A DNA stretch of 64,000 bases, from assembly GCA_036513415.1 (NCBI GenBank), contig DATBZA010000107.1:37773-101772 (forward strand). Direction: 5' to 3'. Source of the DNA: Myxococcales bacterium. GTDB taxonomy: Bacteria; Myxococcota; Myxococcia; Myxococcales; 40CM-4-68-19. This document shows, one piece after another, positions 1 through 8,960 of this stretch. The notes under the pieces were generated by a model. The model made no database searches, was not told the origin of the DNA, and was given only the letters and a program-made list of their open reading frames with translations. Position 1 is the first letter of the stretch. Each line of letters starts with the position of its first letter. The position numbers and the translations under genes were made by a program.

Positions 1-1427
1 TCGCGCTGAGGAGCGGCGTTCCCATGGACCCGGACGTCGCCCGGCTGCTCCGGACCGTGAGGGCTTGCAGCGGGCCTGTCCGATTCGGGCCAGGCTCGGA
101 GCATCCTCTGCCGGCAGAGGTGGCGAGGCGGTTCAGCGTACAGTCCCAGATTTCGATGGCCGTCTACCCCAAGGGCGATCGAGCCTACATGTTCGGGCTC
201 CACCAATGCTCGTACCCGCGGGTTTGGACGCCGCAGGAGGAGCGGCTTTTCCAGGAGATCGGACGAAGGCTGACGGACGCGCTCACCACCCTGTTCATGT
301 TCCGCAACCTGCAGGGCAGCGAAGCCAGGCTCGAACAGGCCCAGCGCGTCGCGCATATCGGTTACTGGGACTGCGACATCGATACCGATCTGGTCACCTG
401 GTCAGACGAAACCTACCGCATCTTTGGGTTGCCCCCGCAGGACCACGCGATCACCGTTTCCGAGTTGCATGAACGAACCCACCCAGAAGATCGGCAGATC
501 AGGGCCCGGGCAGTGGCGGAGGCGGCGCGTGGCGGTCCCCGATACGACGCGGACTACCGGATCGTGCGCCCAAGCGGCGAGGTGCGCTTCGTCCACAGCC
601 AGGGCGATGTGACCAAGGACGCGTCGGGCCGGCCCCGCCGCGTCTTTGGCACCATCCAGGACATCACCGAGCGCAAGCGTACCCAGGACTCGTTGCGCGA
701 AGCCCAATCGGAACTCGCCCACCTGGCCCGGGTGGCGACGGTCGGCGAGCTGGCGGCGTCGCTCGCCCACGAGTTGAGCCAACCGCTCGCCGCCATCAAC
801 ACCAACGCCAGTGCCTGCCTGCGCTGGCTCGGCCATGACCGGCCCGATCTCGACGAAGTGACCGATGCCGTGCGGCGCATCATTCGCGATGGGAAGAGGG
901 CCGGCGAAGTGATCGTGCACACGCGCGCTCTGCTGAAGAAGTCTGGGGGAAAGCGCTCGCCCTTCGATCTCGCGGACGCGTTCCGCGAGGTCGTGGCTCT
1001 CGTCCAGCCTGAGCTGTCCCGCCATCGGATTCTGCTCCACCAGTCGCTCGACGAGGATCTCCCTTCGCTGTTGGGCGCCCGCGTCCAGCTCCAGCAGGTG
1101 GTCCTCAACCTGATCATGAACGCAATCGATGCGATGGCGGACGTGTCCGACCGCAGCCGGGAGCTGGTGATCCGGGCGCAGCGACACGACAGCGACGGCC
1201 GCGAAGGCGTGCTCGTCGCAGTGGAGGACACGGGCATCGGCCTGGCACCGGAGACCCTCGAGAAGGTCTTCCACCCGTTCTACACGACCAAGGAGCACGG
1301 GCTCGGGATGGGCCTGTCGATCTGTCAGTCGATCATCGAGGCGCACGGTGGACGGCTCCGGGCCACCCCGAATGCCGGCCCCGGCGCCACGTTCGAATTC
1401 GTCCTCCCGGCAAGTTTGGAATCATGA
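1..1427 (+). CDS. GAF/PAS sensor histidine kinase, 5'-truncated by window edge
   Basis: The frame is open back to nt 3, with no stop upstream of ATG 24. PAS block HIGYWDCD...IQDITERKR. H-box ELAHLARVATVGELAASLAHELSQPL. ATPase N/G boxes LNLIMNAIDAM, DTGIGL, GLGMGLSI. Confidence 0.85.
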   Translation, partial: ALRSGVPMDPDVARLLRTVRACSGPVRFGPGSEHPLPAEVARRFSVQSQISMAVYPKGDRAYMFGLHQCSYPRVWTPQEERLFQEIGRRLTDALTTLFMFRNLQGSEARLEQAQRVAHIGYWDCDIDTDLVTWSDETYRIFGLPPQDHAITVSELHERTHPEDRQIRARAVAEAARGGPRYDADYRIVRPSGEVRFVHSQGDVTKDASGRPRRVFGTIQDITERKRTQDSLREAQSELAHLARVATVGELAASLAHELSQPLAAINTNASACLRWLGHDRPDLDEVTDAVRRIIRDGKRAGEVIVHTRALLKKSGGKRSPFDLADAFREVVALVQPELSRHRILLHQSLDEDLPSLLGARVQLQQVVLNLIMNAIDAMADVSDRSRELVIRAQRHDSDGREGVLVAVEDTGIGLAPETLEKVFHPFYTTKEHGLGMGLSICQSIIEAHGGRLRATPNAGPGATFEFVLPASLES

Positions 1428-1491
1428 AGCCCTGCGCGACGTGGCGCCAGTCGATCGAAACGTTCGGCGGCCTCGTGCGTCAAAGACGGTC

Positions 1492-3261
1492 ATGCTCAAG
1501 GGGATTGGTGTGTCGGCGGGCGTCGCGCAGGGTACGGCATACGTGGTGGCCGATCGCTTGCAGTCCACGGTTCCGCAGCGAAGGGTCCGGGCGTCCGAAT
1601 TGGACGGCGAGCGCGCGCGCTTCGATGCGGCGGTCGCCCGCGCGGACGCAGAGCTCCTCGCCTTGCAGGAGGAGGTGCGCGAGAACATCGGTCCGACCCA
1701 GGCGGACATCTTCGGCGCGCAGAGGCTGGCACTGGGCGACCCCTTCCTGCGCGAGCAGGTGCTCCGCTCGGCGGCGGAGCAGCGCATCAACGTGGAAGCC
1801 GCCGTGTCGGAAGTCTTCGACGAGTACACCAGAAGCCTGGAGGTCGCGCGGGACGGCCATCTGCGCGCGAGGGCGGCGGATATCCACGACGTACGAAAAC
1901 GATTGCTCTCCGCGCTGGCAGAGCAAGGAGGCCTCGCCGATCCAAGAATCCCCGAGGGGGCGATCGTGGTCTCCGAGGAGCTCTTGCCCTCGGTGACCGC
2001 GCGCCTGGAGCTCGACAACGTGCGGGCGTTCGTGACGGAGAGAGGCAACAGGTTTTCCCACAGCTCGATCCTGGCACGCTCGCTGGGAACGCCGGCGGTC
2101 GCCGGGGTGGCCTCCGCATCGAAGACGATCAAGACCGGCGATCGACTCATCGTCGATGGAGTGGCTGGGATCGTTTTTGTCAACCCGGAAACGTCGATCG
2201 AGCGCGAGTACGATCGCCTGGCGGCAGATCTAAAATCCTCGAAGGAGGAGTTACGCCACCTGGTCGATCTCTCCTCCGTCACGCTCGACGGCACGACGCT
2301 TCCTCTGCTGGCGAACGTGAACAAGTTTTCCGACACCGAAGCCGCGTTGCTCTACAACGCCGACGGGATCGGCCTCTATCGGACGGAGTTCGCCTTCTCC
2401 ATCCGCACCGCCTTTCCGACCGAGGACGAGCAGTACGAGGTCCTCGAGCGCGCGGCGGAGCGGATGCATCCGCGAAAGCTCGTCCTCCGGCTGGTGGATC
2501 TGGGCGGCGACAAGACCCTCACGTACTTCCCGCTTCCTCCCTCCCGGAATCCCTCCCTCGCGGAGCGCGGCATCCGGCTCTTGCTCCGGCACGTCGACGT
2601 GCTGAAGACGCAGCTGCGCGCCTTCCTGCGGGTGAGCGCGCGCCATCCGGTGTCCATCCTGGTCCCTGTGGTGATCGGGGTCGAGGACGTCCGGCAGGTG
2701 CGCGAAGTCGTGCGGCAGGTGCAGGACGAGCTCTCGGCGGAAGGAAAGCGCTTCAATCCCGCCATCCCGATCGGCGCCATGATCGAGGTGCCATCGGCCG
2801 CGCTGATGGCTCGGCCGTTGGCGAAGGAGGCCGACTTCCTCAGCCTCGGGACCAACGACCTCGTACAGTACGTGCTGGCCGCCGACCGCGAGGACGAGAC
2901 CACGGCACCCTACTACCAGCCCTTGCACCCCGCGGTCCTTCGCCTCATCGACTCGGTGGTCGAGGGCGCAAGGAGCGCCGGCAGGGAGCTCGCGATCTGC
3001 GGTGAAATGGCGGGAGACCCGCTGCACACCGCGTTGCTGCTCGGGCTGGGACTGCGCGAGTTCAGCGTGGCGCCGCGCCAGATGCTCGAGGTGAAGGACG
3101 CCATCCGGAGAACGCACCTCGGCGAAGCGCGGCAGCTCGCGCGCATCGCTCTGGAACTCGGATCGGCCGCCGAAGTGGAGGCGCTCTTGAACGAGTACCA
3201 GCCGATGCGCAAGTACGACTCGACCGTGACCTCCGGTTCGACCACTTTGCGCGACTTCTGA
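1492..3261 (+). CDS. ptsI: phosphoenolpyruvate-protein phosphotransferase (PTS enzyme I)
   Basis: N-terminus MLKGIGVSAGVAQG. Phospho-His loop RFSHSSILARSLGTPAV. PEP-utilising C-terminal motifs GTNDLVQY and ICGEMAGDP. Start moved from track ORF start 1348 to ATG 1492. Confidence 0.85.
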   Translation: MLKGIGVSAGVAQGTAYVVADRLQSTVPQRRVRASELDGERARFDAAVARADAELLALQEEVRENIGPTQADIFGAQRLALGDPFLREQVLRSAAEQRINVEAAVSEVFDEYTRSLEVARDGHLRARAADIHDVRKRLLSALAEQGGLADPRIPEGAIVVSEELLPSVTARLELDNVRAFVTERGNRFSHSSILARSLGTPAVAGVASASKTIKTGDRLIVDGVAGIVFVNPETSIEREYDRLAADLKSSKEELRHLVDLSSVTLDGTTLPLLANVNKFSDTEAALLYNADGIGLYRTEFAFSIRTAFPTEDEQYEVLERAAERMHPRKLVLRLVDLGGDKTLTYFPLPPSRNPSLAERGIRLLLRHVDVLKTQLRAFLRVSARHPVSILVPVVIGVEDVRQVREVVRQVQDELSAEGKRFNPAIPIGAMIEVPSAALMARPLAKEADFLSLGTNDLVQYVLAADREDETTAPYYQPLHPAVLRLIDSVVEGARSAGRELAICGEMAGDPLHTALLLGLGLREFSVAPRQMLEVKDAIRRTHLGEARQLARIALELGSAAEVEALLNEYQPMRKYDSTVTSGSTTLRDF

Positions 3262-3373
3262 TCCAGCGGCACCGCTGTCTCGAAGCTGAACAACAGGAGT
3301 CGAGCGACACGACGCCTTCCGGTTCGTGAGTGCGGGCTGCGTCTGGCGAGCGCGGCTCCGGCAAGGCTGCACG

Positions 3374-3389
3374 TGGTCCGGATGTTGCT
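3374..3389 (+). promoter_or_regulatory. candidate sigma-54 (-24/-12) promoter TGGTCC-N5-TTGCT
   Basis: GG and GC have the canonical 10-nt separation. The -12 element is TTGCT. It lies 45 nt upstream of ATG 3434, which has AAGGAG as SD. Confidence 0.35.
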
Positions 3390-3433
3390 CTCCGGCTCAG
3401 CGAACGTGAACGCAACCGACTTCAAGGAGAGCA

Positions 3434-5053
3434 ATGCATATGCTGACGAAGAATCGTAAAGGGCCCTGGCGAAAAGCCGTCCTGATGGGCGCCTTGCTGT
3501 TGGCCCCCGCGCTGAGCGCGGAGGACCGTTCACCCAAGTCCCAATCCAGGCAATGGCGAGTGGCGGGACAGAATCTGGACAATAGCCGGAGCCAGCCGAA
3601 AGAGCACTCGATCACCGCGGCGAACGTCACCGGCCTGAGGGAAAAATGGGTGTTTACGACGGGTGGAGACGTCTCTGCGACTCCCACCGTGGATGGTGAC
3701 GCAGTCTACTTCCCCGATTCGGGCGGCAATCTGTTCGCGGTCGAGAAGAAGAGTGGCCGCCTCATCTGGTCTCATCAGATCTCCGAGTACGATGGTGTGG
3801 CCGGTTCCATCTCTCGTGTCAGTCCTGCCTTGGATGGAGACCAGGTCGTCATTGGGGACATCCTCAGCTCCAATCAGGTCCACAATGGCGCGAACGTGAT
3901 CTCGGTCGATCGGAGATCAGGAAGACGCCGGTGGATCACGCAGGTGGACAGTCATCCGGCAGCAATCATCACTGGATCGCCGGTCGTCTTCGATGGGGTC
4001 GTCTACGTGGGGGTCTCTTCGATCGAAGAGACCCTGGCAACGAATCCAGCCTATCCGTGCTGCACCTTTCGCGGCAGCGTGGTCGCGCTCGACGCCAGGT
4101 CCGGTGCGATGCTCTGGCAGACCCACGATATGCCTGACAACGGCGGTCAACAGGGCGGATACAGCGGCGGAGCGGTGTGGCAACCACCGGCGATCGATCC
4201 AAAGCGCGGTTCGCTCTTCATCGGGACCGGCAACAACTACACCGCGCCCGCGGAGGTGGAAGCTTGCCAGAACGCGGATCCCACCGCGAACTGCGCGGCG
4301 GCTGATGATTTCTTCGACACCGCCCTTGCATTGGATCTGAAGACCGGGCGGATCAAGTGGTCGAAGAGGCTGCAGGGGAACGACACCTGGACGGTCGCGT
4401 GTGTGCTCCCTACAGGACCGAAGGCGAACTGTCCCGTACCCACCAGCCCGGATTTCGACCTGGGAGGATCGGGACCCAACCTGGTGGGCGGCATCGTCGG
4501 CTTTGGTCAGAAGAGCGGCATCTATTGGGCGTTGAATCCCGATGACGGCCACATCGTCTGGAGCGCGGCGGTCGGTCCAGGCGGTTCGCTCGGAGGGATC
4601 CAGTGGGGTACCGCGACCGACGGACGGCGTATCTATGTCGCCATCGCGAACAGGAACATGATGCCTTACACGTTGGTGCCCTCGGGACGGCAGATTACCT
4701 GGGGTTCGTGGAGCGCTCTCGATGTCGACACTGGGACGATCCTCTGGCAAACCGCGGACCCCACTCCAGGCACCATGGACCTGGCCTCGGTGAGCGTTGC
4801 AAATGGCGTCCTGTACGCGGGCTCCTACTCGGGGCAGATGTACGCGCTGAACACGATCACCGGAAACATCCTCTGGGGCTTTGCGAGCGGGGGCTCGGTA
4901 CTGGACGGGCCATCCATCGTGGACGGCACCGTCTATTGGGGATCGGGTTATCGAAACATCCCCCCCGGAACGGGAAACAACAAGATCTACGCGTTTAGTG
5001 TTTCTGGTTCGGACGATCATGAGGAGCAGTCGGACGATCAAGGCGAGCATTGA
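3434..5053 (+). CDS. secreted PQQ-like / BamB-like beta-propeller repeat protein
   Basis: Signal peptide (AVLMGALLLAPALSA). Repeated ...G.(V/L)YAL(D/N)..TG..LW motifs typical of PQQ-type beta-propeller blades. SD AAGGAG upstream. Confidence 0.75.
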   Translation: MHMLTKNRKGPWRKAVLMGALLLAPALSAEDRSPKSQSRQWRVAGQNLDNSRSQPKEHSITAANVTGLREKWVFTTGGDVSATPTVDGDAVYFPDSGGNLFAVEKKSGRLIWSHQISEYDGVAGSISRVSPALDGDQVVIGDILSSNQVHNGANVISVDRRSGRRRWITQVDSHPAAIITGSPVVFDGVVYVGVSSIEETLATNPAYPCCTFRGSVVALDARSGAMLWQTHDMPDNGGQQGGYSGGAVWQPPAIDPKRGSLFIGTGNNYTAPAEVEACQNADPTANCAAADDFFDTALALDLKTGRIKWSKRLQGNDTWTVACVLPTGPKANCPVPTSPDFDLGGSGPNLVGGIVGFGQKSGIYWALNPDDGHIVWSAAVGPGGSLGGIQWGTATDGRRIYVAIANRNMMPYTLVPSGRQITWGSWSALDVDTGTILWQTADPTPGTMDLASVSVANGVLYAGSYSGQMYALNTITGNILWGFASGGSVLDGPSIVDGTVYWGSGYRNIPPGTGNNKIYAFSVSGSDDHEEQSDDQGEH

Positions 5054-5214
5054 TCGGATTCGAATGCTTGCGCCAGCCCCGTAGCAATCCAGCGATCTCG
5101 TGGCCCGGCGGTCCATCCTCGGATGCCGCCGGGTCACCCCGCAGCTGTGTCGTCAGGCTGTCAGGAATCGATCAGTTCACGACATGAACGGGGTCGCTCG
5201 CCTCGGAACGGCGA

Positions 5215-5230
5215 TGGCACGTCGCCTGCA
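5215..5230 (+). promoter_or_regulatory. candidate sigma-54 promoter TGGCACG-N4-CTGCA
   Basis: Perfect -24 TGGCACG, -12 CTGCA, correct spacing, in an intergenic region. The predicted TSS near 5241 leaves an 18-nt leader containing GGAGGA before ATG 5259. Confidence 0.55.
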
Positions 5231-5258
5231 TTTCGGTGTTGAACCAGTGGAGGAAATC

Positions 5259-5825
5259 ATGACGAGCCGTCATCCCCTTGCCGCCCCGGCGGCGATCATG
5301 CTTGCGCTCACCGCCTGCGCATCCGTCGACGTGCGCACGGTGACGAGCCCGGCCGCGAACCTGGGCGGGTTGCACACGTTCGCCGTCATGCCGCAACCGG
5401 AACGGCGATCGGCCGAGGCGCATCCGACGACCGACCCGATGCTGGTGAATTCCATCAGCAACCGCGCGTTGCGCACCGACCTCGTCACGGGATTCCAAAA
5501 CCGCGGCTACGTGCTTTCCGACCATCCGGACTTCGCGGTCGCGTACTATGCATCGGCGAGTGAAAAGCTGGACGTCGCAGAGTGGGATTATGGCTACCGG
5601 TATGATCCGCTCTGGTGGTCCGACCCTGGGCCCTACCCGCCGGCGGTCACATACACCGAGGGGACCGTCATCGTCGACGTGATCAATCCCAGCACCAAGG
5701 AGCTGCTCTGGCGCGGACAGGGAGTGGCCCGGGTGTCGGATGACCAGGGGCAGTACGAGCAGGACCTGGGGAAGACGGTCACGGCGATCCTCGACAAGTT
5801 CCCGCGGGCGGCGGGGGGTTCGTAG
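5259..5825 (+). CDS. DUF4136-like lipoprotein
   Basis: Lipobox LALTAC after a short signal peptide. Overall similarity to the DUF4136 family, recalled rather than searched. Start set at ATG 5259 with GGAGGA SD. Confidence 0.7.
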   Translation: MTSRHPLAAPAAIMLALTACASVDVRTVTSPAANLGGLHTFAVMPQPERRSAEAHPTTDPMLVNSISNRALRTDLVTGFQNRGYVLSDHPDFAVAYYASASEKLDVAEWDYGYRYDPLWWSDPGPYPPAVTYTEGTVIVDVINPSTKELLWRGQGVARVSDDQGQYEQDLGKTVTAILDKFPRAAGGS

Positions 5826-5827
5826 AC

Positions 5828-8221
5828 CTACGCCCCTCGCGGAGCGGCAGGCAGCGTAAACCGCATGGTGGCGCCGGGACCGTCGTTTGGCGCCGCCCAG
5901 ATCTTCCCGCCGTGCATCTCGACGATCGAGCGACTGACGGAGAGTCCCATGCCCAGGCCGGCGGGCTTCGTCGAGAAGAATGCCTCGAAGATCCGCTCCG
6001 CCTGCTCCCGGTCGATCCCGCGGCCACAATCCCTCACCTCGACCAGCACGCCGCCCGAGGCCTCGCGCCGCGATCCCACCGTCAACTCGGCCGACCTGCC
6101 CGTCACGTCGGCCATTGCATCACGAGCGTTGAGGATCAGGTTGACGAGCACCTGCTGCAGCTGGACCCGATCGCCCACGACGACCGGGAGATCGTCGTTC
6201 AGCTCGGTGCGGATGGCGACTCGTTGCCGTTCCAGCTCCGTGCGCGTGAACCCGAGCGCTTCACGAATGACGTCGTTGACGTCCAGCGCATTCCGGTCCG
6301 TCGTGCCTCTCTTCACGAGGGCGCGAATGCGTGCGAGGACCTGGCCGGCGCGCTCGCCGTCCTTCACCACGCGCTGCGCTGCCCCCCGGGCTTCGTCCAG
6401 GTTTGGCGGGTCGGCGGCGAGCCAGCGCCGGCAGGCATTGCCGTTCATCACTAGCGCAGCAAGCGGCTGGTTGACCTCGTGCGCGATCGAAGCGGTGATC
6501 TCTCCCAACATCGTCACGCGAGTGACCCGCGCGAGCTCCGCCTGCGCCTCGCGCAATGCTTCCCAGGCCTGCATGTGCTCGGTGAGATCGCGAGCGATGA
6601 CGAGTGCCGACTCCACCCGATCCGAGGCCGGCCGCAGGGGCGTATAGCTGACCGACAGGTAACGCCGGCCGAGGCCCTTGGAGCTGACCCAGGCCGCATA
6701 GCTGAGATCTTCTCCCGCGAAGCACCGGTTCAGTGCCGGCCCCACCCTTTGCTCCAAGCCGTCCGTGTCCAGCAGCTCAGACAAGTGCGTACCGACTGCG
6801 CTCTCGGCAGGCAATCCCCAAATCCGCCCCATTCCGGCGTTGGCGCGTTGACACCGGTAATCTCTTCCGATGATGCAAACGCCATCCGGTGAAGCCTCGA
6901 ATACCTGCGCGGTCAGATATTGGGCCCGTTTACGCTCGGTGATGTCGGTGAGCGTCACGAGGACGTTGTCGAGACGTGCGGGCGGTGGTGGGAAGGTGGC
7001 CGTGACCAGGACCGTGAGCTTCTCCCCCTTGAGGGTCCGGAGATCGCTCTCGGCCTCGAAGGACGTCCGGCCCTCGGCGATCGCGATCAGCTCGCCCTCA
7101 AAGACCTTTCGCGTCTCGGGCACGAACACCTTGTCCAGCGACACCAGGAGCTCATCCTTGCTGTCCGCCGCAAACAACTCGAGCGTGACGTCGTTGACGT
7201 CCACGATCTTCACCATCGAGATCGCCTGGTCCACGAATTCCGGGTGGGCGGCGACGTACTCGCGAAAATCCTCGATGCCGTCTGCCTTCGACTCGTCGAT
7301 CGCCGCCTTGATCTGAGAGAAATCTTCTTGCCAGATGGACACGCTGACCATCTGGAAGATGTGTCGATATCTCCTCTCGCTTTCGAGCAGCTTCTGTTCG
7401 GCGCGTTTGCGCTCGGTGATGTCGTTGTTGGTCTCCAGCACCCCGGCCGGCCGTCCCTGCTGGTCGCGCTGCAAGGACCAGCGGCTCGCCACCACCACCT
7501 GCGTGCCGTCGCGTTTCGTATGGACGAGCTCCCCTTCCCATTGACCGGTCCGGTAGAGCTCGGCTTCGATCTCCGGGAGTTGTGCGGGGAAGGCGGTCTG
7601 CGTGAGTTGATGGGAGACGCGTCCGACTGCCTCCGCCCCCGACCACCCGTACCGCTCCGCCGCGCCCCGGTTCCAGTACGTGATGACATCGTTCAGGTCG
7701 CGCACGAAGACCGAGTCGTGCGTCAGATCGAGGAGGCTCGCCTGCTTGTAGGCCTCCGCCTCCACCCGCCGGCGCTCGAGGACCTCGGCCTGCAGCCTCT
7801 CGTTTGCGAGGGCGAGGTCACCGATCCTCGCCGTCAAGTCGTCGTGCGCCTTTTGCAGCTCCGCTTTCGTGCGTCGCTGTGTCCCGGTGATCCAGGCGAC
7901 GAGCAAAGCCGAGAGCGCGAAGACGAGGAGGTACCACGCGTCGTCGATCGTGACGGGCCGGAAGATCCGTCGCGGCGCCATGATGAAATGATCCATGGCC
8001 AGGAGCGAGAGGCCGGCGGCGAATAGACCGGGGCCGATGCCACCGTACCAAGCGGTCACGATGATCGCGGGAATGAACGGTGTGCCGCGAATCCCCGGGC
8101 GGTTGAGCGCCAGCGTGGTGAGCAATGCCAGAGCGACGCTCGCGATCGCTACGCCATATCTCAGAATCAACGAGACCGATCGGCCGGGTGCCCGAAGGCG
8201 ACTCCAAATCGCTCCGCTCAT
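5828..8221 (-). CDS. membrane-anchored multi-PAS sensor histidine kinase
   Basis: N-terminal hydrophobic module ([14 protein letters not shown]..., 4 TM-like segments). At least 3 PAS blocks. H-box [26 protein letters not shown]. HATPase motifs DCGRGI and [13 protein letters not shown]. Start is uncertain; ATG 8221 is preferred over 8353. Confidence 0.85.
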   Translation of the reverse strand: MSGAIWSRLRAPGRSVSLILRYGVAIASVALALLTTLALNRPGIRGTPFIPAIIVTAWYGGIGPGLFAAGLSLLAMDHFIMAPRRIFRPVTIDDAWYLLVFALSALLVAWITGTQRRTKAELQKAHDDLTARIGDLALANERLQAEVLERRRVEAEAYKQASLLDLTHDSVFVRDLNDVITYWNRGAAERYGWSGAEAVGRVSHQLTQTAFPAQLPEIEAELYRTGQWEGELVHTKRDGTQVVVASRWSLQRDQQGRPAGVLETNNDITERKRAEQKLLESERRYRHIFQMVSVSIWQEDFSQIKAAIDESKADGIEDFREYVAAHPEFVDQAISMVKIVDVNDVTLELFAADSKDELLVSLDKVFVPETRKVFEGELIAIAEGRTSFEAESDLRTLKGEKLTVLVTATFPPPPARLDNVLVTLTDITERKRAQYLTAQVFEASPDGVCIIGRDYRCQRANAGMGRIWGLPAESAVGTHLSELLDTDGLEQRVGPALNRCFAGEDLSYAAWVSSKGLGRRYLSVSYTPLRPASDRVESALVIARDLTEHMQAWEALREAQAELARVTRVTMLGEITASIAHEVNQPLAALVMNGNACRRWLAADPPNLDEARGAAQRVVKDGERAGQVLARIRALVKRGTTDRNALDVNDVIREALGFTRTELERQRVAIRTELNDDLPVVVGDRVQLQQVLVNLILNARDAMADVTGRSAELTVGSRREASGGVLVEVRDCGRGIDREQAERIFEAFFSTKPAGLGMGLSVSRSIVEMHGGKIWAAPNDGPGATMRFTLPAAPRGA

Positions 8222-8315
8222 GCGCGCAGCCCAAGAGGAGTGTCTGGAGGCTGGCGGGCCGCTCACGTCCCTCACGAGCCCCGAGCATAGCCGCCGGCCT
8301 CGCACCACGCCATTC

Positions 8316-8331
8316 CGGCGCGCTCCTTGCA
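8316..8331 (+). promoter_or_regulatory. candidate sigma-54-type element CGGCGC-N5-TTGCA abutting start codon
   Basis: GG-N10-GC with a perfect -12 TTGCA. The C of GC is 14 nt from ATG 8344, with no SD in between. Confidence 0.3.
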
Positions 8332-8343
8332 CTCCTCGTCGTG

Positions 8344-8811
8344 ATGACGACACGTCCTCCGGTGCCTCCGTTCACTCAGGAATCAGCCGCTCAGAAAGTA
8401 CGATTGGCCGAAGATGGCTGGAACTCCCGCGATCCGGAGAAGGTCGCCCTGGCCTATACGCCGGATTCGCGCTGGAGGAACCGCTCGGAGTTCGTCAACG
8501 GAAGGCAGGAGATCGTCGCCTTTCTTGCGCGCAAGTGGAACAAAGAGCTGGACTATCGGCTGATCAAGGAGCTTTGGGTCTTCGGGGGACCTCGGATCGC
8601 AGTCCGCTTCGCGTATGAGTGGCACGATGACTCTGGGAATTGGTACCGCTCGTACGGCAATGAGAACTGGGAATTCGACGAGAATGGCCTGATGCGGTTG
8701 CGGCTGGCCTGCATCAATGATCTTCCCATCAGGGAATCGGACCGGAAGTATCGCTGGACCCTGGGCCGACGTCCGGATGGTCATCCGGGATTGACCGACC
8801 TTGGTCTCTAG
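8344..8811 (+). CDS. DUF1348 family (NTF2-like) protein
   Basis: The sequence [32 protein letters not shown]...WEFDENGLM matches my recollection of DUF1348. Start moved to ATG 8344. Confidence 0.75.
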   Translation: MTTRPPVPPFTQESAAQKVRLAEDGWNSRDPEKVALAYTPDSRWRNRSEFVNGRQEIVAFLARKWNKELDYRLIKELWVFGGPRIAVRFAYEWHDDSGNWYRSYGNENWEFDENGLMRLRLACINDLPIRESDRKYRWTLGRRPDGHPGLTDLGL

Positions 8812-8830
8812 CCCCGGCGCCGCAGCCAAC

Positions 8831-8854
8831 TCAGGGGCTACGCTTGAGCGAGGT
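8831..8854 (+). repeat. copy A of conserved 24-nt element TCAGGGGCTACGCTTGAGCGAGGT
   Basis: 23/24 identical to 34724..34747. Both copies start exactly 20 nt after the last base of a TAG stop codon. Weaker similarity extends about 20 nt on each side. Confidence 0.85.
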
Positions 8855-8886
8855 CATTCGGCAGTTCCGGTGTGAGATGCCGTTCC

Positions 8887-8902
8887 AGGCATCACTCTTG
8901 CT
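8887..8902 (+). promoter_or_regulatory. candidate sigma-54 promoter AGGCAT-N5-TTGCT
   Basis: GGCA and TTGCT with correct spacing, intergenic, about 60 nt upstream of the pal-like ATG 8961. Confidence 0.35.
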
Positions 8903-8960
8903 AGGTCCACTTGCAACCGGGCGCAGGAAAGCCGCTGTCCCCGGACTCAAGGAGTGCGCA

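Noticed and set aside
8844-8960. TTG-initiated N-terminal extensions MSEV(I/R)R.F... on the pal-like gene (8844) and the DoxX-like gene (34737), created by the conserved 24-mer
   Set aside because: The pal-like protein has its lipoprotein signal peptide and a strong SD at the internal ATG 8961. A 39-aa extension before a signal peptide is implausible. The shared residues are better explained by nucleotide-level conservation of the element.
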